Positions 1 through 9,866 of a DNA stretch of 30,508 nucleotides are shown here, one piece after another (the stretch's first letter is position 1; the number at the start of each line of letters is the position of its first letter). Under the pieces are notes generated by a model that worked only from the letters and a program-made list of their open reading frames with translations, was not told the origin of the DNA and made no database searches. The position numbers and the translations under genes were made by a program. Source of the DNA: a virus (Duplodnaviria > Caudoviricetes). The DNA is taken from positions 1 through 30,508 of IMG/VR virus record IMGVR_UViG_3300031689_000037. The stretch is one strand, 5' to 3'.

Positions 1-16
1 CAATAATAAATAAAAA

Positions 17-334
17 ATGGATAAGTCAAGAAAAAGAATCTCACAAGATTACGCAAGAAACGCTATTGTAGATGGAGACACCAAGGCAGGTAGATACGAA
101 AAAAAGATGGCAGTAAAAGAAGCTGCTGGAGAAGGACCTTCTATGAAGTCTGAAATTTACATGGCAGGAACTTCTATGGGTTCTGGCAAAATGTCAAAAA
201 GCGGTATTATGCAGTGTGGAAGCTGTATAGGCAAGCATATGAAAGGTAACAGTGGTATTAATATGAGTGCTGACCTTAAGTATATGCCAATTATAGACAG
301 AGAAAAAAATGCAATGAAAAAAGGCGATAGGTAG
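17..334 (+). CDS. Small basic Met/Gly/Ser/Lys-rich phage protein, function unknown
   Basis: 105-aa ORF with an A-rich leader, low complexity (GPSMK, GTSMG, GIMQ, GINM), 1 nt from the next ORF. Confidence 0.7.
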   Translation: MDKSRKRISQDYARNAIVDGDTKAGRYEKKMAVKEAAGEGPSMKSEIYMAGTSMGSGKMSKSGIMQCGSCIGKHMKGNSGINMSADLKYMPIIDREKNAMKKGDR

Positions 335-335
335 T

Positions 336-686
336 ATGGGGTTTAAGTTATCTAATCCACCATATAAGAACGAACCAACCCCAGTCTATGAATTAGACTT
401 GGGGCCTGGCGTTCTTGGGCAGAGTAATAACAACGGCACTATCATAATAAATGATAAGCTAGACCCTAAGTTTCACGATGAGGTTATTGGACATGAAGAA
501 GTTCATATTAATCAAATGGCTAGAGGAGACTTAGATTATGACGACAAGAACATTTACTGGAAGGGAAAGTCTTACTCAAAAAAAAATGCTAAGATAGCTA
601 TGGCTAGTCCTGCAAATTCTCCTTGGGAAAAAGAAGCCTACAGTAAGTCTAAGACTAAATATAAAGATAAAAAATACAATGTCTAA
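336..686 (+). CDS. Small zincin-like metallopeptidase (HExxH)
   Basis: The strand GTIIIN precedes HEEVH (492-506). Downstream PWEKEAY supplies a candidate third zinc ligand (Glu), giving a minimal zincin layout. Confidence 0.7.
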   Translation: MGFKLSNPPYKNEPTPVYELDLGPGVLGQSNNNGTIIINDKLDPKFHDEVIGHEEVHINQMARGDLDYDDKNIYWKGKSYSKKNAKIAMASPANSPWEKEAYSKSKTKYKDKKYNV

Positions 687-1122
687 AAAATTTAAGGATA
701 CAAAGTTAGGTGCATTTTTAGGTAATGCTGCACCACACATATTAGAGGTAGCTGGAGATTTACTTCCAGATGCTGGTGTGTTAGGTATTGTAAAGAACCT
801 CATTGAAAAAGATGATAAAATTAAACCTGAGGATAAGAAGGTAGCTTTAGCAAAGACAAAAGAAATGTATGAGCTAGAAGTTAAAGACAGAGACTCAGCA
901 AGAAGTAGAGAGGTTGAAGTTAAGAAAACAGGTAGTAAGGATATAATGATGATGCTGACAGGTATTGTTGGATTGTTGTCGTTTATGTTTATTATATACG
1001 CAGTAGTTTACGAGGAGGGTGTTTTACACAACGAGCTGTTCGTTCACTTGATGGGTATGGTAGAGGGTGTGGTAATATCTAACATTTTTGCATACTATTA
1101 CGGGTCATCAGCAGAAAAATAG
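679..1122 (+). CDS. Holin (GTA/3TM-holin-like)
   Basis: N-terminal amphipathic segment, DRDSARSRE motif, two C-terminal hydrophobic helices (IMMMLTGIVGLLSFMFIIYAVV; LFVHLMGMVEGVVISNIFAYYYGSS). The YY(F/Y)GSS end is typical of this holin family. Confidence 0.7.
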   Translation: MSKKFKDTKLGAFLGNAAPHILEVAGDLLPDAGVLGIVKNLIEKDDKIKPEDKKVALAKTKEMYELEVKDRDSARSREVEVKKTGSKDIMMMLTGIVGLLSFMFIIYAVVYEEGVLHNELFVHLMGMVEGVVISNIFAYYYGSSAEK

Positions 1123-1170
1123 TAAAAAGTAAGTAATTATAAAAAGAGTAAGAATCAAATTTAATTTAAT

Positions 1171-1410
1171 ATGAACAGAATTACAGATGAAGAGCTAGAG
1201 CTTATCAGAGAGCAACAAACAAAAATTTCTCAAATTAAACAAGACATCGGAACACTAGAACTTAGGAAGCACGAGGTTATGGGCGTAATGCTTGATGTAA
1301 ATCAAGAAGTCGAAGAAACAAAAACCACACTAGAAGAAAAGTATGGTCGTGTAAACATTAACCTTGATGACGGGACTTATACCGAAGTTGAGGAAGAAGA
1401 ATCTAAGTAA
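1171..1410 (+). CDS. Small acidic coiled-coil protein, unknown function
   Basis: 79 aa with heptad-like helices followed by YGRVNINLDDG. Its stop overlaps the next start (TAATG). Confidence 0.75.
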   Translation: MNRITDEELELIREQQTKISQIKQDIGTLELRKHEVMGVMLDVNQEVEETKTTLEEKYGRVNINLDDGTYTEVEEEESK

Positions 1411-1637
1411 TGAGTAGTGTTATAAGAAAAATCAGCATAGGGTCTGATTACAAGAATGAAGCAATGCATTATTCTGTTGGGCAACAAGTATATGGTGGTC
1501 ACGAAATATCTGATATTCTCCTTGACGAGAAAGATAACTCTTATAACATTTATATTCAAAAAAATAAGGAGACATTGCCGTGGAAGAAGTTCAACTCTAA
1601 TATGGCAATATCTGTTGAATATGACTTGCAGTATTAA
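1410..1637 (+). CDS. Small beta-rich hypothetical phage protein
   Basis: 75 aa, translationally coupled on both sides by TAATG overlaps at 1410 and 1637. Confidence 0.75.
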   Translation: MSSVIRKISIGSDYKNEAMHYSVGQQVYGGHEISDILLDEKDNSYNIYIQKNKETLPWKKFNSNMAISVEYDLQY

Positions 1638-2236
1638 TGAAAAGTATTCACGATTTTATCGTAAAACCTATAGAGGGTCGATACAATAATACTGTTAAGG
1701 TTGACGAGGTTGACCTTATAGTCAATACAAGAATTGAGGAATTTAAAAGCGTGAGTAAAGTTGCCGAAGTGGTGGCTTTACCATTAGCTATAAAAACTAA
1801 CATAAAAGTTGGGGATAAAATCATAGTACACCACAACGTATTTAGAAGATTCTATGACATTAGAGGAAACGAAAAGAATAGTAGGAGTTTTATTAAAGAA
1901 GATATGTATGCTTGTTCACCTGAGCAGATATACCTGTATGGAGCAAATAAGACTCATCTTGATTATTGTTTCGTAAAGCCAGTAGAAAACGATAGTATAT
2001 TTTCTTTAACAAAAGAAAAGCCACTTGTAGGATTTCTAAAGTATGGAAACAAAGGACTAACTAACTTAGGGATAAACAAAGGAGACCTTGTTTCGTTTAG
2101 ACCAACATCTGAGTTTGAGTTTGTTATAGATGGAGAATTATTATATTGTATGAAATTAATTAATATCGTTGGTAGTTATGAAGGTAAAGGAGATGAAAGA
2201 GAGTATAATCCTAGCTGGGCAAAAAGCAGTTGTTGA
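1637..2236 (+). CDS. Co-chaperonin GroES-like protein with two tandem GroES-like domains
   Basis: Half 1: DFIVKP...AEVVA...IKVGDKIIV. Half 2: DYCFVKP...GFLKYG...INKGDLVSF...EFVIDGELLYCMKLINIV. Both follow the GroES pattern DRVLVK...G.VVAVG...VKVGD.V...IDGEEY...DIL. Confidence 0.7.
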   Translation: MKSIHDFIVKPIEGRYNNTVKVDEVDLIVNTRIEEFKSVSKVAEVVALPLAIKTNIKVGDKIIVHHNVFRRFYDIRGNEKNSRSFIKEDMYACSPEQIYLYGANKTHLDYCFVKPVENDSIFSLTKEKPLVGFLKYGNKGLTNLGINKGDLVSFRPTSEFEFVIDGELLYCMKLINIVGSYEGKGDEREYNPSWAKSSC

Positions 2237-2459
2237 ACTGATTAAAGTTGCTGAAGAAGCTATTATAGACTCAGGAGATGACATAACAGCAGATAGATTG
2301 AAAAATGCAGCAGCAACTAAAAAACTTGCAATATTTGACGCATTTGAAATACTACAACGCATAGAAAATGAAAAAAATTTGTTAGAAAACAAACCAAAAG
2401 AAGAAACTAAAAAGAAAGAGTTTAGAGGGTTTGCTGAAGGAAGGGCTAATACTAATTAG
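2178..2459 (+). CDS. Putative terminase small subunit
   Basis: Short helical protein directly upstream of TerL. ATG 2178 (MKVKEMK) is preferred over the track's TTG at 2169. Function inferred mainly from position. Confidence 0.55.
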   Translation: MKVKEMKESIILAGQKAVVELIKVAEEAIIDSGDDITADRLKNAAATKKLAIFDAFEILQRIENEKNLLENKPKEETKKKEFRGFAEGRANTN

Positions 2460-2460
2460 T

Positions 2461-4674
2461 ATGTACGAGCAAAGTTTATACAAGGTATTAGACAACTACA
2501 TAAAACCATCTACTCTAAAGAAAAAAAATAATGATAAGTCTTGGAAGTACGGGTACGATGAGGATTTTGATGTTATTGTAATAAGTAAAACAGGTAAGAT
2601 AGGAGAGATTTATGAAATACAAAATCTTAAGATAGCATTACCTGCTGAGTTTGAAACTCATAACTTTAAAGATAAAAAGTGGTCTCATACAGAATATCCA
2701 AAAGAATTAGCTAGAATAAAAACAATCTTTGATTGGAAGGAATACCCTGAAGATTTTAAAGAACAATGGTACGATTATATTGAGAAAGAATTTGAAAGAA
2801 GAGAAAATGGATTTTGGTTTAGTAATAAGGGTAGTTCTACTTACATTACTGGCTCTCATTATATGTACTTGCAATGGTCAAAAATTGACGTTGGACAACC
2901 AGACTTTAGAGAATCAAATAGATTATTCTATATATTCTGGGAAGCTTGCAAGGCAGACACAAGGTGCTTTGGAATGTGTTACCTTAAAAATAGACGGAGT
3001 GGATTCTCCTTTATGTCTTCAGGAGAGACAGTCAACCTTGCTACGATATCAGTTGATTCCAGATATGGAATACTTTCAAAGTCAGGGCCTGATGCAAAGA
3101 AAATGTTTACCGATAAGGTTGTACCAATCTCAGTCAACTATCCGTTCTTCTTTAAGCCCATACAAGATGGTATGGACAGACCAAAGACTGAACTTGCATA
3201 TAGAGTGCCAGCATCAAAGTTTACAAGAAAGAAACTTGACTCTAATGAGCAGCAAGAAGATATCAAAGGGTTGGATACTACTATTGATTGGAAGAATACA
3301 GGTGACAACTCCTATGATGGAGAAAAACTAAAGCTACTTGTACACGATGAATCAGGTAAGTGGGAGAGACCAAGCAACATACTAAACAACTGGAGGGTTA
3401 CAAAAACCTGCTTAAGACTAGGTAGTAGGATAATAGGTAAATGTATGATGGGTTCAACATCTAACGCTTTAGATAAGGGAGGAGAAAACTTTAAAAAACT
3501 TTACTATGCATCAGACGTTACGAGAAGAAACAGCAATGGACAGACTGCTTCAGGACTATATTCTTTGTTCATACCTATGGAATGGAACTACGAGGGATAC
3601 ATTGATTCTTATGGACTACCTGTCTTTGACACTCCAGAAAAAGCGGTTAAAGACCCTTACGGAAATTTAATTAAACTAGGGGTAATAGAGTACTGGGACA
3701 ATGAAGTAGAAGGACTAAAAGGAGACCAGGATGGATTAAATGAATTTTATAGACAGTTTCCAAGAACAGAGCAACACGCTTTTAGAGATGAAGCTAAAGA
3801 ATCTATATTTAATCTAGCAAAAATATACCAACAGATAGACCACAATGAAGGAATGAAGTCTAGTTCATTAGTAACTAAAGGAAACTTTCAGTGGGAGAAT
3901 GGAATTAAAGATACAAGGGTAGTTTTTATGCCAAACTCAAACGGTAGGTTTCATATAACTTGGATTCCTCCTGTTTCTTTACAAAACAGAATTGTCTCTA
4001 AAGGTGGAATAAATTATCCAGGCAATGAGCATTTAGGTGCTTTTGGATGTGACCCTTACGACATATCAGGAACAGTAGACAAGAGAGGTTCTAATGGGTC
4101 CTTACACGGGTTAACAAAATTTAGTATGGAAGATGCTCCAAGTAATCACTTATTTTTAGAGTACATTGCAAGGCCTCAGACAGCAGAGATATTTTTTGAG
4201 GATGTATTAATGGCTTGCGTATTTTACGGTATGCCAATACTAGTAGAGAATAACAAACCAAGACTATTGTATCACTTTAAAAATAGAGGGTATAGAGGAT
4301 ACTCAATGAATAGACCCGATAAAAAGTATACAAGACTATCAGTAACAGAGAGAGAGATTGGTGGAATACCTAACTCTAGTGAGGATATAAAACAGGCACA
4401 CGCTGCTGCAATAGAAACATATATAGAAGAGCTTGTAGGAATATTAGGTGATGATGAAATGGGGGATGTGTACTTTCAAAGAACTCTAGAAGATTGGGCA
4501 AGGTTTAATATAAACAATAGGACATCACACGATGCATCTATAAGCTCAGGATTAGCCATTATGGCTTGTAACAAAAATCGTTACGCACCGATAAACAGGG
4601 TAGCAATAAAAAATATAAATTTAGGGTTTAAGAGATACGACAACTCTGGAAGTTATTCAAAAATAAGAAATTAA
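2461..4674 (+). CDS. terL: Terminase large subunit
   Basis: Walker A-like LKNRRSGFS, Walker B LLVHDESGKW, coupling motif MGST, RNase H-like nuclease acidic motifs GCDPYD and HDASISSGLA. Likely start is ATG 2461 (MYEQSL), just after the TerS stop. Confidence 0.92.
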   Translation: MYEQSLYKVLDNYIKPSTLKKKNNDKSWKYGYDEDFDVIVISKTGKIGEIYEIQNLKIALPAEFETHNFKDKKWSHTEYPKELARIKTIFDWKEYPEDFKEQWYDYIEKEFERRENGFWFSNKGSSTYITGSHYMYLQWSKIDVGQPDFRESNRLFYIFWEACKADTRCFGMCYLKNRRSGFSFMSSGETVNLATISVDSRYGILSKSGPDAKKMFTDKVVPISVNYPFFFKPIQDGMDRPKTELAYRVPASKFTRKKLDSNEQQEDIKGLDTTIDWKNTGDNSYDGEKLKLLVHDESGKWERPSNILNNWRVTKTCLRLGSRIIGKCMMGSTSNALDKGGENFKKLYYASDVTRRNSNGQTASGLYSLFIPMEWNYEGYIDSYGLPVFDTPEKAVKDPYGNLIKLGVIEYWDNEVEGLKGDQDGLNEFYRQFPRTEQHAFRDEAKESIFNLAKIYQQIDHNEGMKSSSLVTKGNFQWENGIKDTRVVFMPNSNGRFHITWIPPVSLQNRIVSKGGINYPGNEHLGAFGCDPYDISGTVDKRGSNGSLHGLTKFSMEDAPSNHLFLEYIARPQTAEIFFEDVLMACVFYGMPILVENNKPRLLYHFKNRGYRGYSMNRPDKKYTRLSVTEREIGGIPNSSEDIKQAHAAAIETYIEELVGILGDDEMGDVYFQRTLEDWARFNINNRTSHDASISSGLAIMACNKNRYAPINRVAIKNINLGFKRYDNSGSYSKIRN

Positions 4675-7080
4675 ATGAACGTAAGCGCAAATCCAAACAG
4701 TGTATTTCCTAGCCAAGTTGTTAGTGACGCAGAAAAATCAAGCCTTGAATATGGAAGGCAAGTTGCCCAAGCTGTAGAATCGGAGTGGTTTAACCAAGGA
4801 GGCTATGGGAATAGATTTGCTACAAATTTTAATCACTTTAATAGTTTAAGATTATACGCAAGGGGAGAACAACCAGTTCAAAAATATAAAGATGAGCTTG
4901 CTATAAACGGAGACCTCTCTTATTTAAATCTAGATTGGAAACCCGTACCTGTAATTTCAAAGTTTGTAGATATCGTTACAAACGGTATGACAGAAAAAAA
5001 ATATGAGATTAGTGCTTACGCACAAGACCCTGAATCAATAAAGAAAAGAACTGACTACGCTTCTGCTTTAATGGAAGATATGGCAGCAAAAGAGCAACTA
5101 TTAAAACTTAAAAACAATTTAGGTATAGATGCTTTCAATACTAGCAATCCAGAAGAATTACCTCAGTCTAAAGAAGAGTTATCTCTTCATATGCAACTTG
5201 ACTATAAGCAATCAATTGAAATAGCAGAAGAAGAGGTTATAAATCAAGTACTTGCTAAAAATAAGTTTGATGAAATAAGAAAAAGATTTAACTACGACTT
5301 AACTGTTATAGGTATAGGGGCTGTCAAAACAACTTGGAATAAAGCTAATGGGGTAAAGGTAGAATACTGCGACCCTGCAAACTTAGTTTACTCATACACT
5401 GAAGACCCTAACTTTGAAGACATATATTATATTGGAGAGGTTAAGGGTGTTACAATACCTGAGCTTAAAAAACAATTCCCTAATATACCTCAAGAAGAAC
5501 TAAAAAGAATTGAGGAGATGCCAGGCAATAGAGACCGTATAACTGGATGGAAAGGATATGATGAAAACACAGTTCAAGTTTTGTATTTTGAGTACAAGAC
5601 TTATAACAATCAAGTATTTAAAATAAAAACAGGACTAAACGGATTAGAAAAAGTTATACAAAAGTCAGACGACTTTAATCCACCTGAAAACGATACATTT
5701 AAAAAAGTATCAAGAAGTATAGAGGTCCTTTATTGTGGGGCTAAAGTTCTTGGAACAAACACTATGTTAAAGTGGGAGTTGTCTGAAAATATGACAAGAC
5801 CTTTTGCTGACACAACTAAGGTTGAGATGAACTATGTTCTTTGTGCGCCAAGAATGTACAACGGAAGGATTGAATCCGTTGTAAGTAAGATTACAGGGTT
5901 TGCCGATATGATTCAAATTACACATTTGAAGCTACAGCAAGTTATGACAAGGATGGTCCCTGACGGAGTTTTCTTAGATGTTGACGGTTTAGCAGAAGTT
6001 GATTTAGGAAACGGAACTAACTACAATCCAGCAGAAGCTCTTAGTATGTACTTCCAGACAGGTAGTGTTTTAGGTAGGTCTATGACACAAGATGGAGAAT
6101 TGAACAGAGGCAAGGTTCCAATTCAAGAGCTTACAAGCTCAAGCGGAGGTGCTAAGATACAGTCTTTAATACAGACATATCAGTACTACTTACAAATGAT
6201 AAGAGATGTTACAGGATTAAACGAGGCGAGAGATGGTTCTGCTCCAGCTAAAGATGCACTCGTAGGACTTCAAAAGATGGCCGCTAATCAATCCAATGTA
6301 GCAACAAGACATATACTTCAAGCAAGTTGTTATTTAACGCTTAGAGCCTGCGAAAATATATCTATGAGAATTGCTGATTCCTTACAGTTTGCTTTAACGG
6401 CTAACTCTCTTAAGAACAGTATTACTATTTTTAATGTAGAAACATTAAAAGAAATATCTAATTTAAATTTACATGACTTTGGAATATTTTTTGAGTTAGA
6501 GCCTGATGATGAGGAGAAAGCGCAATTAGAGCAGAACATTCGAGATGCTTTAAAGATGGGAGGAATAAACCTTGAGGACGCTATTGACATAAGGAGGATA
6601 AAAAATCTTCAACTTGCAAATGAAATGCTTAAGGATAAAACAAAAAAGAAAATTCAACAAGCACAACAAGCACAACAAGCAAATATACAAGCTCAAAGTC
6701 AAGCTAATGCACAAGCATCTGAAGCTGCTGCAATGGCTGAAACTCAAAAGCAACAAGTAATAACAGCAGAAAAAATTAGTATTGAGCAAGCTAAATCTCA
6801 GTTTGAAATAGAAAGAATGCAAGCAGAGGCTGAAATAAAAAGAGGTCTTATGTCTGAAGAGTTTAACTTTAATATGAAACTAGCTCAGATTAGAGCAAAT
6901 GCTGAAATTTCAAAAGAACAAGATATTGAAGATAGAAAAGATAAAAGAATAAAAATACAAGGGACTCAGCAATCTGAACTGATTGACCAAAGAAAAAATA
7001 ACTTATTACCGAAAAACTTTGAAAGTTCAGGTAATGATGTATTAGGGGGAATTGGATTAGACGAGTTTAACCCAAAATAA
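4675..7080 (+). CDS. Portal protein
   Basis: 801 aa abutting terL. Contains LDWKPVPVISKFVDIV and IRDVTGLNEARDGS segments and a Gln/Ala-rich C-terminal coiled coil like the P22-type portal barrel. Confidence 0.88.
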   Translation: MNVSANPNSVFPSQVVSDAEKSSLEYGRQVAQAVESEWFNQGGYGNRFATNFNHFNSLRLYARGEQPVQKYKDELAINGDLSYLNLDWKPVPVISKFVDIVTNGMTEKKYEISAYAQDPESIKKRTDYASALMEDMAAKEQLLKLKNNLGIDAFNTSNPEELPQSKEELSLHMQLDYKQSIEIAEEEVINQVLAKNKFDEIRKRFNYDLTVIGIGAVKTTWNKANGVKVEYCDPANLVYSYTEDPNFEDIYYIGEVKGVTIPELKKQFPNIPQEELKRIEEMPGNRDRITGWKGYDENTVQVLYFEYKTYNNQVFKIKTGLNGLEKVIQKSDDFNPPENDTFKKVSRSIEVLYCGAKVLGTNTMLKWELSENMTRPFADTTKVEMNYVLCAPRMYNGRIESVVSKITGFADMIQITHLKLQQVMTRMVPDGVFLDVDGLAEVDLGNGTNYNPAEALSMYFQTGSVLGRSMTQDGELNRGKVPIQELTSSSGGAKIQSLIQTYQYYLQMIRDVTGLNEARDGSAPAKDALVGLQKMAANQSNVATRHILQASCYLTLRACENISMRIADSLQFALTANSLKNSITIFNVETLKEISNLNLHDFGIFFELEPDDEEKAQLEQNIRDALKMGGINLEDAIDIRRIKNLQLANEMLKDKTKKKIQQAQQAQQANIQAQSQANAQASEAAAMAETQKQQVITAEKISIEQAKSQFEIERMQAEAEIKRGLMSEEFNFNMKLAQIRANAEISKEQDIEDRKDKRIKIQGTQQSELIDQRKNNLLPKNFESSGNDVLGGIGLDEFNPK

Positions 7081-7112
7081 ATAGAATTTTTTAATTTATA
7101 TTATATTATATT

Positions 7113-8309
7113 ATGTCAGAAGAAGTAAAACAAGAAGGAGACTTTAAAATAAAAAGTAAACCTAAAATGAAAAAGTTTAATAAGGAAACCGAAACTATTA
7201 AAGTGGATTTATCCGATAATAAAAAAGTTGAGGAAGAAGTTATTAAAGTTAACTTAAAAGAAGAAGATGCCAATAAAAAGCAAGAAGCAACAAACGTGGC
7301 TACAGATAAACCAGCCGAAATTGTACCAGAAGTGGAAGCAGAAGTATCATCAGGGGAAAGCCCCGTTCAAAATGAGGGGTTTGCTGGCATCCAAGAAATA
7401 ACTGGAGAAGAAGTAAAAGAAGAAGTAATAGAAGTTACTAAAGAAATAAAGGAAGCAATTAGAGATGAACGTGTTTCAGGAAAGCCACTTCCTGAAAATA
7501 TTGAAAAACTTGTTTTATTTATGGAAGAAACAGGTGGCAATGTTGAAGACTATGTTAGATTAAATGCTGACTACAGTAATGCAAATAAAGATACATTATT
7601 AAAAGAGTACTATAAAAAAAGTAAACCGCATCTTGATGATGACGAGATTAATTTCCTTTTAGAAGATAAATTTTCGTATGACGAAGACTTAGATGAAGAA
7701 AGAGATATACGCAAGAAAAAGCTTGCGTTCAAAGAAGAGGTTCAAGAAGCCAAAAACTTTTTAGAAGACTTGAAGGGTAAATATTACGATGAGATTAAGT
7801 TAAGACCAGGCGTAACCCAAGAGCAACAAAAAGCAACGGAGTTCTTTAACCGATACAACGAAGAGAAAAGCTTAAAGAGCCAAAAGCACGACAGGTTTAA
7901 AAAGGCTACATCTGAAATGTTCAACAACGACTTCAAAGGTTTTGATTTCGAGGTTGGAGAAAAAAAATTCAGGTATGGTGTTAATAATCCAACAAGTCTT
8001 GCTGACAAACAATCTGAACTTTCTAACATAATCGGGAAGTTCCTGAATAACAAGGGAGAAATTTCAGACCACAAAGGTTACCACAAAGCTATGTATGCTG
8101 CGTCTAACGTAGACAAGATTGCAGGTCACTTTTATGAGCAAGGTAAAGCCGATGCTGTTAAGGAGGTTGTGAATGGTTCAAAGAATCTATCAGACCAACC
8201 GAGGCAGACTTCTGGTGATAGCGTGTTTATAAATGGGATTAGAGTTAAGTCTGTAAGCGGAGCGGACTCTTCAAAATTAAAAATTAAAAAAACAAACTTT
8301 AAAAATTAA
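7113..8309 (+). CDS. Capsid scaffolding/assembly protein
   Basis: Highly acidic, disordered N-half and helical C-half with a basic tail. Lies between portal and major capsid genes. Confidence 0.7.
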   Translation: MSEEVKQEGDFKIKSKPKMKKFNKETETIKVDLSDNKKVEEEVIKVNLKEEDANKKQEATNVATDKPAEIVPEVEAEVSSGESPVQNEGFAGIQEITGEEVKEEVIEVTKEIKEAIRDERVSGKPLPENIEKLVLFMEETGGNVEDYVRLNADYSNANKDTLLKEYYKKSKPHLDDDEINFLLEDKFSYDEDLDEERDIRKKKLAFKEEVQEAKNFLEDLKGKYYDEIKLRPGVTQEQQKATEFFNRYNEEKSLKSQKHDRFKKATSEMFNNDFKGFDFEVGEKKFRYGVNNPTSLADKQSELSNIIGKFLNNKGEISDHKGYHKAMYAASNVDKIAGHFYEQGKADAVKEVVNGSKNLSDQPRQTSGDSVFINGIRVKSVSGADSSKLKIKKTNFKN

Positions 8310-8315
8310 AAAAAA

Positions 8316-9788
8316 ATGGGACAATTTATTCCAAGCTCAAAGGACCCTCTAGGGGACTTTAATTTAAGTCCGATGCCTACTAAAAGTGCATCACCTTTTA
8401 ATTACATTGATTTTACTGGAGAAACAGGTGGAAACTTTGCACAACAATACCTACCAGAGATTTACGAAGCTGAAGTAGAGCGATACGGAAACAGAACTCT
8501 ATCAGGATTTTTAAGAATGGTAGGTGCTGAAATGCCAATGACTTCTGACCAAGTTGTATGGTCTGAGCAAAACAGATTGCATATTGGGTATAAACTAGCT
8601 ACTGTTACGGTAGCAACTGGCGTTATTGCTTTACCAACGAATGGTGACGATGGAAAGGCTACTAAAAATGCTATCAGAGCAAAAAATACTATTGTATTAC
8701 AAGCTACTGCTGGTACAGGTGTAGGGACAACTATTACTGCTTATGTTAGTGTTGTTGATGGACTTAACGTAACTGTTCTTCCTTATACTGCTGCTAATTT
8801 AGCAGGTGCTGGATTTGCAGATGACTCAATATTTAGCTTATTTGTTTATGGTTCTGAATTTGCTAAAGGAACAAATGGAATGACAGGTTCTTTAGAAGCT
8901 TCTTTCACTCAGTTTAGCAACAAGCCAATTATCATTAAGGACAATTATGAAATTAATGGTTCTGATGCTGCACAAATTGGATGGGTTGAAGTTGCTGCTG
9001 AAGACGGAACAAACGGATACTTATGGTATTTGAAGTCTGAAGGAGAAACAAGATTACGTTTCCAAGATTACTTAGAGATGGCAATGGTAGAAGGTGAGCT
9101 TGCTACAAACGCTGCTGTTAAGACTGCTGTAGGAAATCAAGATTCTGCTGGTACTGAAGGTCTTTTTGCTGCTATTACTGCAAGAGGTAACGTATACCAA
9201 AACTATGCAAGTGGTGCTGGTAAAGATGGTGCTGGACAAAGAAGTGCTTTAGCTGACTTTGATTTAATTCTTCAAAATCTTGACAAGCAAGGAGCTATTG
9301 AAGAGAATATGTTATTCTTAGACAGAGCTACTGCTTTAGACTTTGATGATATGTTAGCTGCACAAAATTCTTACGGAGCGGGTGGTACATCTTACGGTGT
9401 ATTTGAAAACTCTGCGGAAATGGCATTGAACTTAGGATTTGACGGTTTCAGAAGAGGTTCTTATGACTTCTACAAGACTGACTGGAAATACTTAAACGAT
9501 GCTACGACTCGTGGTTTAGTTGACAATATTGAAGGTGTATTAGTTCCTGCTGGAACAAGTACAGTGTACGACCAAATGTTAGGTACTAACATCAGACGAC
9601 CATTCTTACACGTACGTTACAGAGCTTCTGAAGCTGACGATAGAAGAATGAAGTCTTGGATTACAGGTTCTGTAGGTGGTGCTGCAACTAGTGATGAGGA
9701 TGTAATGAGAGTTAACTTTTTATCTGAAAGATGTTTAGTTACTCAAGCTGCTAACAACTTTGTGTTATTCACAAAATCTGCATCATAA
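8316..9788 (+). CDS. Major capsid protein (HK97 fold expected)
   Basis: 490 aa after the scaffold. Contains QQYLPEIYE.E.ERYGNR, WSEQNRLH and FLSERCL segments typical of Bacteroidota podovirus capsids. Codon bias suggests high expression (GCT/ACT/GGT), and a terminator follows. Confidence 0.88.
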   Translation: MGQFIPSSKDPLGDFNLSPMPTKSASPFNYIDFTGETGGNFAQQYLPEIYEAEVERYGNRTLSGFLRMVGAEMPMTSDQVVWSEQNRLHIGYKLATVTVATGVIALPTNGDDGKATKNAIRAKNTIVLQATAGTGVGTTITAYVSVVDGLNVTVLPYTAANLAGAGFADDSIFSLFVYGSEFAKGTNGMTGSLEASFTQFSNKPIIIKDNYEINGSDAAQIGWVEVAAEDGTNGYLWYLKSEGETRLRFQDYLEMAMVEGELATNAAVKTAVGNQDSAGTEGLFAAITARGNVYQNYASGAGKDGAGQRSALADFDLILQNLDKQGAIEENMLFLDRATALDFDDMLAAQNSYGAGGTSYGVFENSAEMALNLGFDGFRRGSYDFYKTDWKYLNDATTRGLVDNIEGVLVPAGTSTVYDQMLGTNIRRPFLHVRYRASEADDRRMKSWITGSVGGAATSDEDVMRVNFLSERCLVTQAANNFVLFTKSAS

Positions 9789-9803
9789 CAGCAATCAATT
9801 ATT

Positions 9804-9848
9804 ACTTGGGGTCGCAAATTGCGGCTCCAAGTTTTATTTATTTTTTTT
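9804..9848 (+). terminator. Intrinsic terminator after the major capsid gene
   Basis: ACTTGGGGTCGCA-AAT-TGCGGCTCCAAGT forms a 13-bp stem with 2 G-U pairs, followed by TTTATTTATTTTTTTT. Confidence 0.85.
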
Positions 9849-9866
9849 ATTAAATTTTATTATATT

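Noticed and set aside
2729-3331. 200-aa alternative-frame ORF inside terL
   Set aside because: Non-ATG start, no recognisable motifs, fully nested in the conserved ATPase region. Probably a shadow of codon bias.
6655-6735. CAAGCACAA repeats in the portal gene
   Set aside because: They simply encode the Gln/Ala-rich coiled-coil barrel common in podovirus portals.
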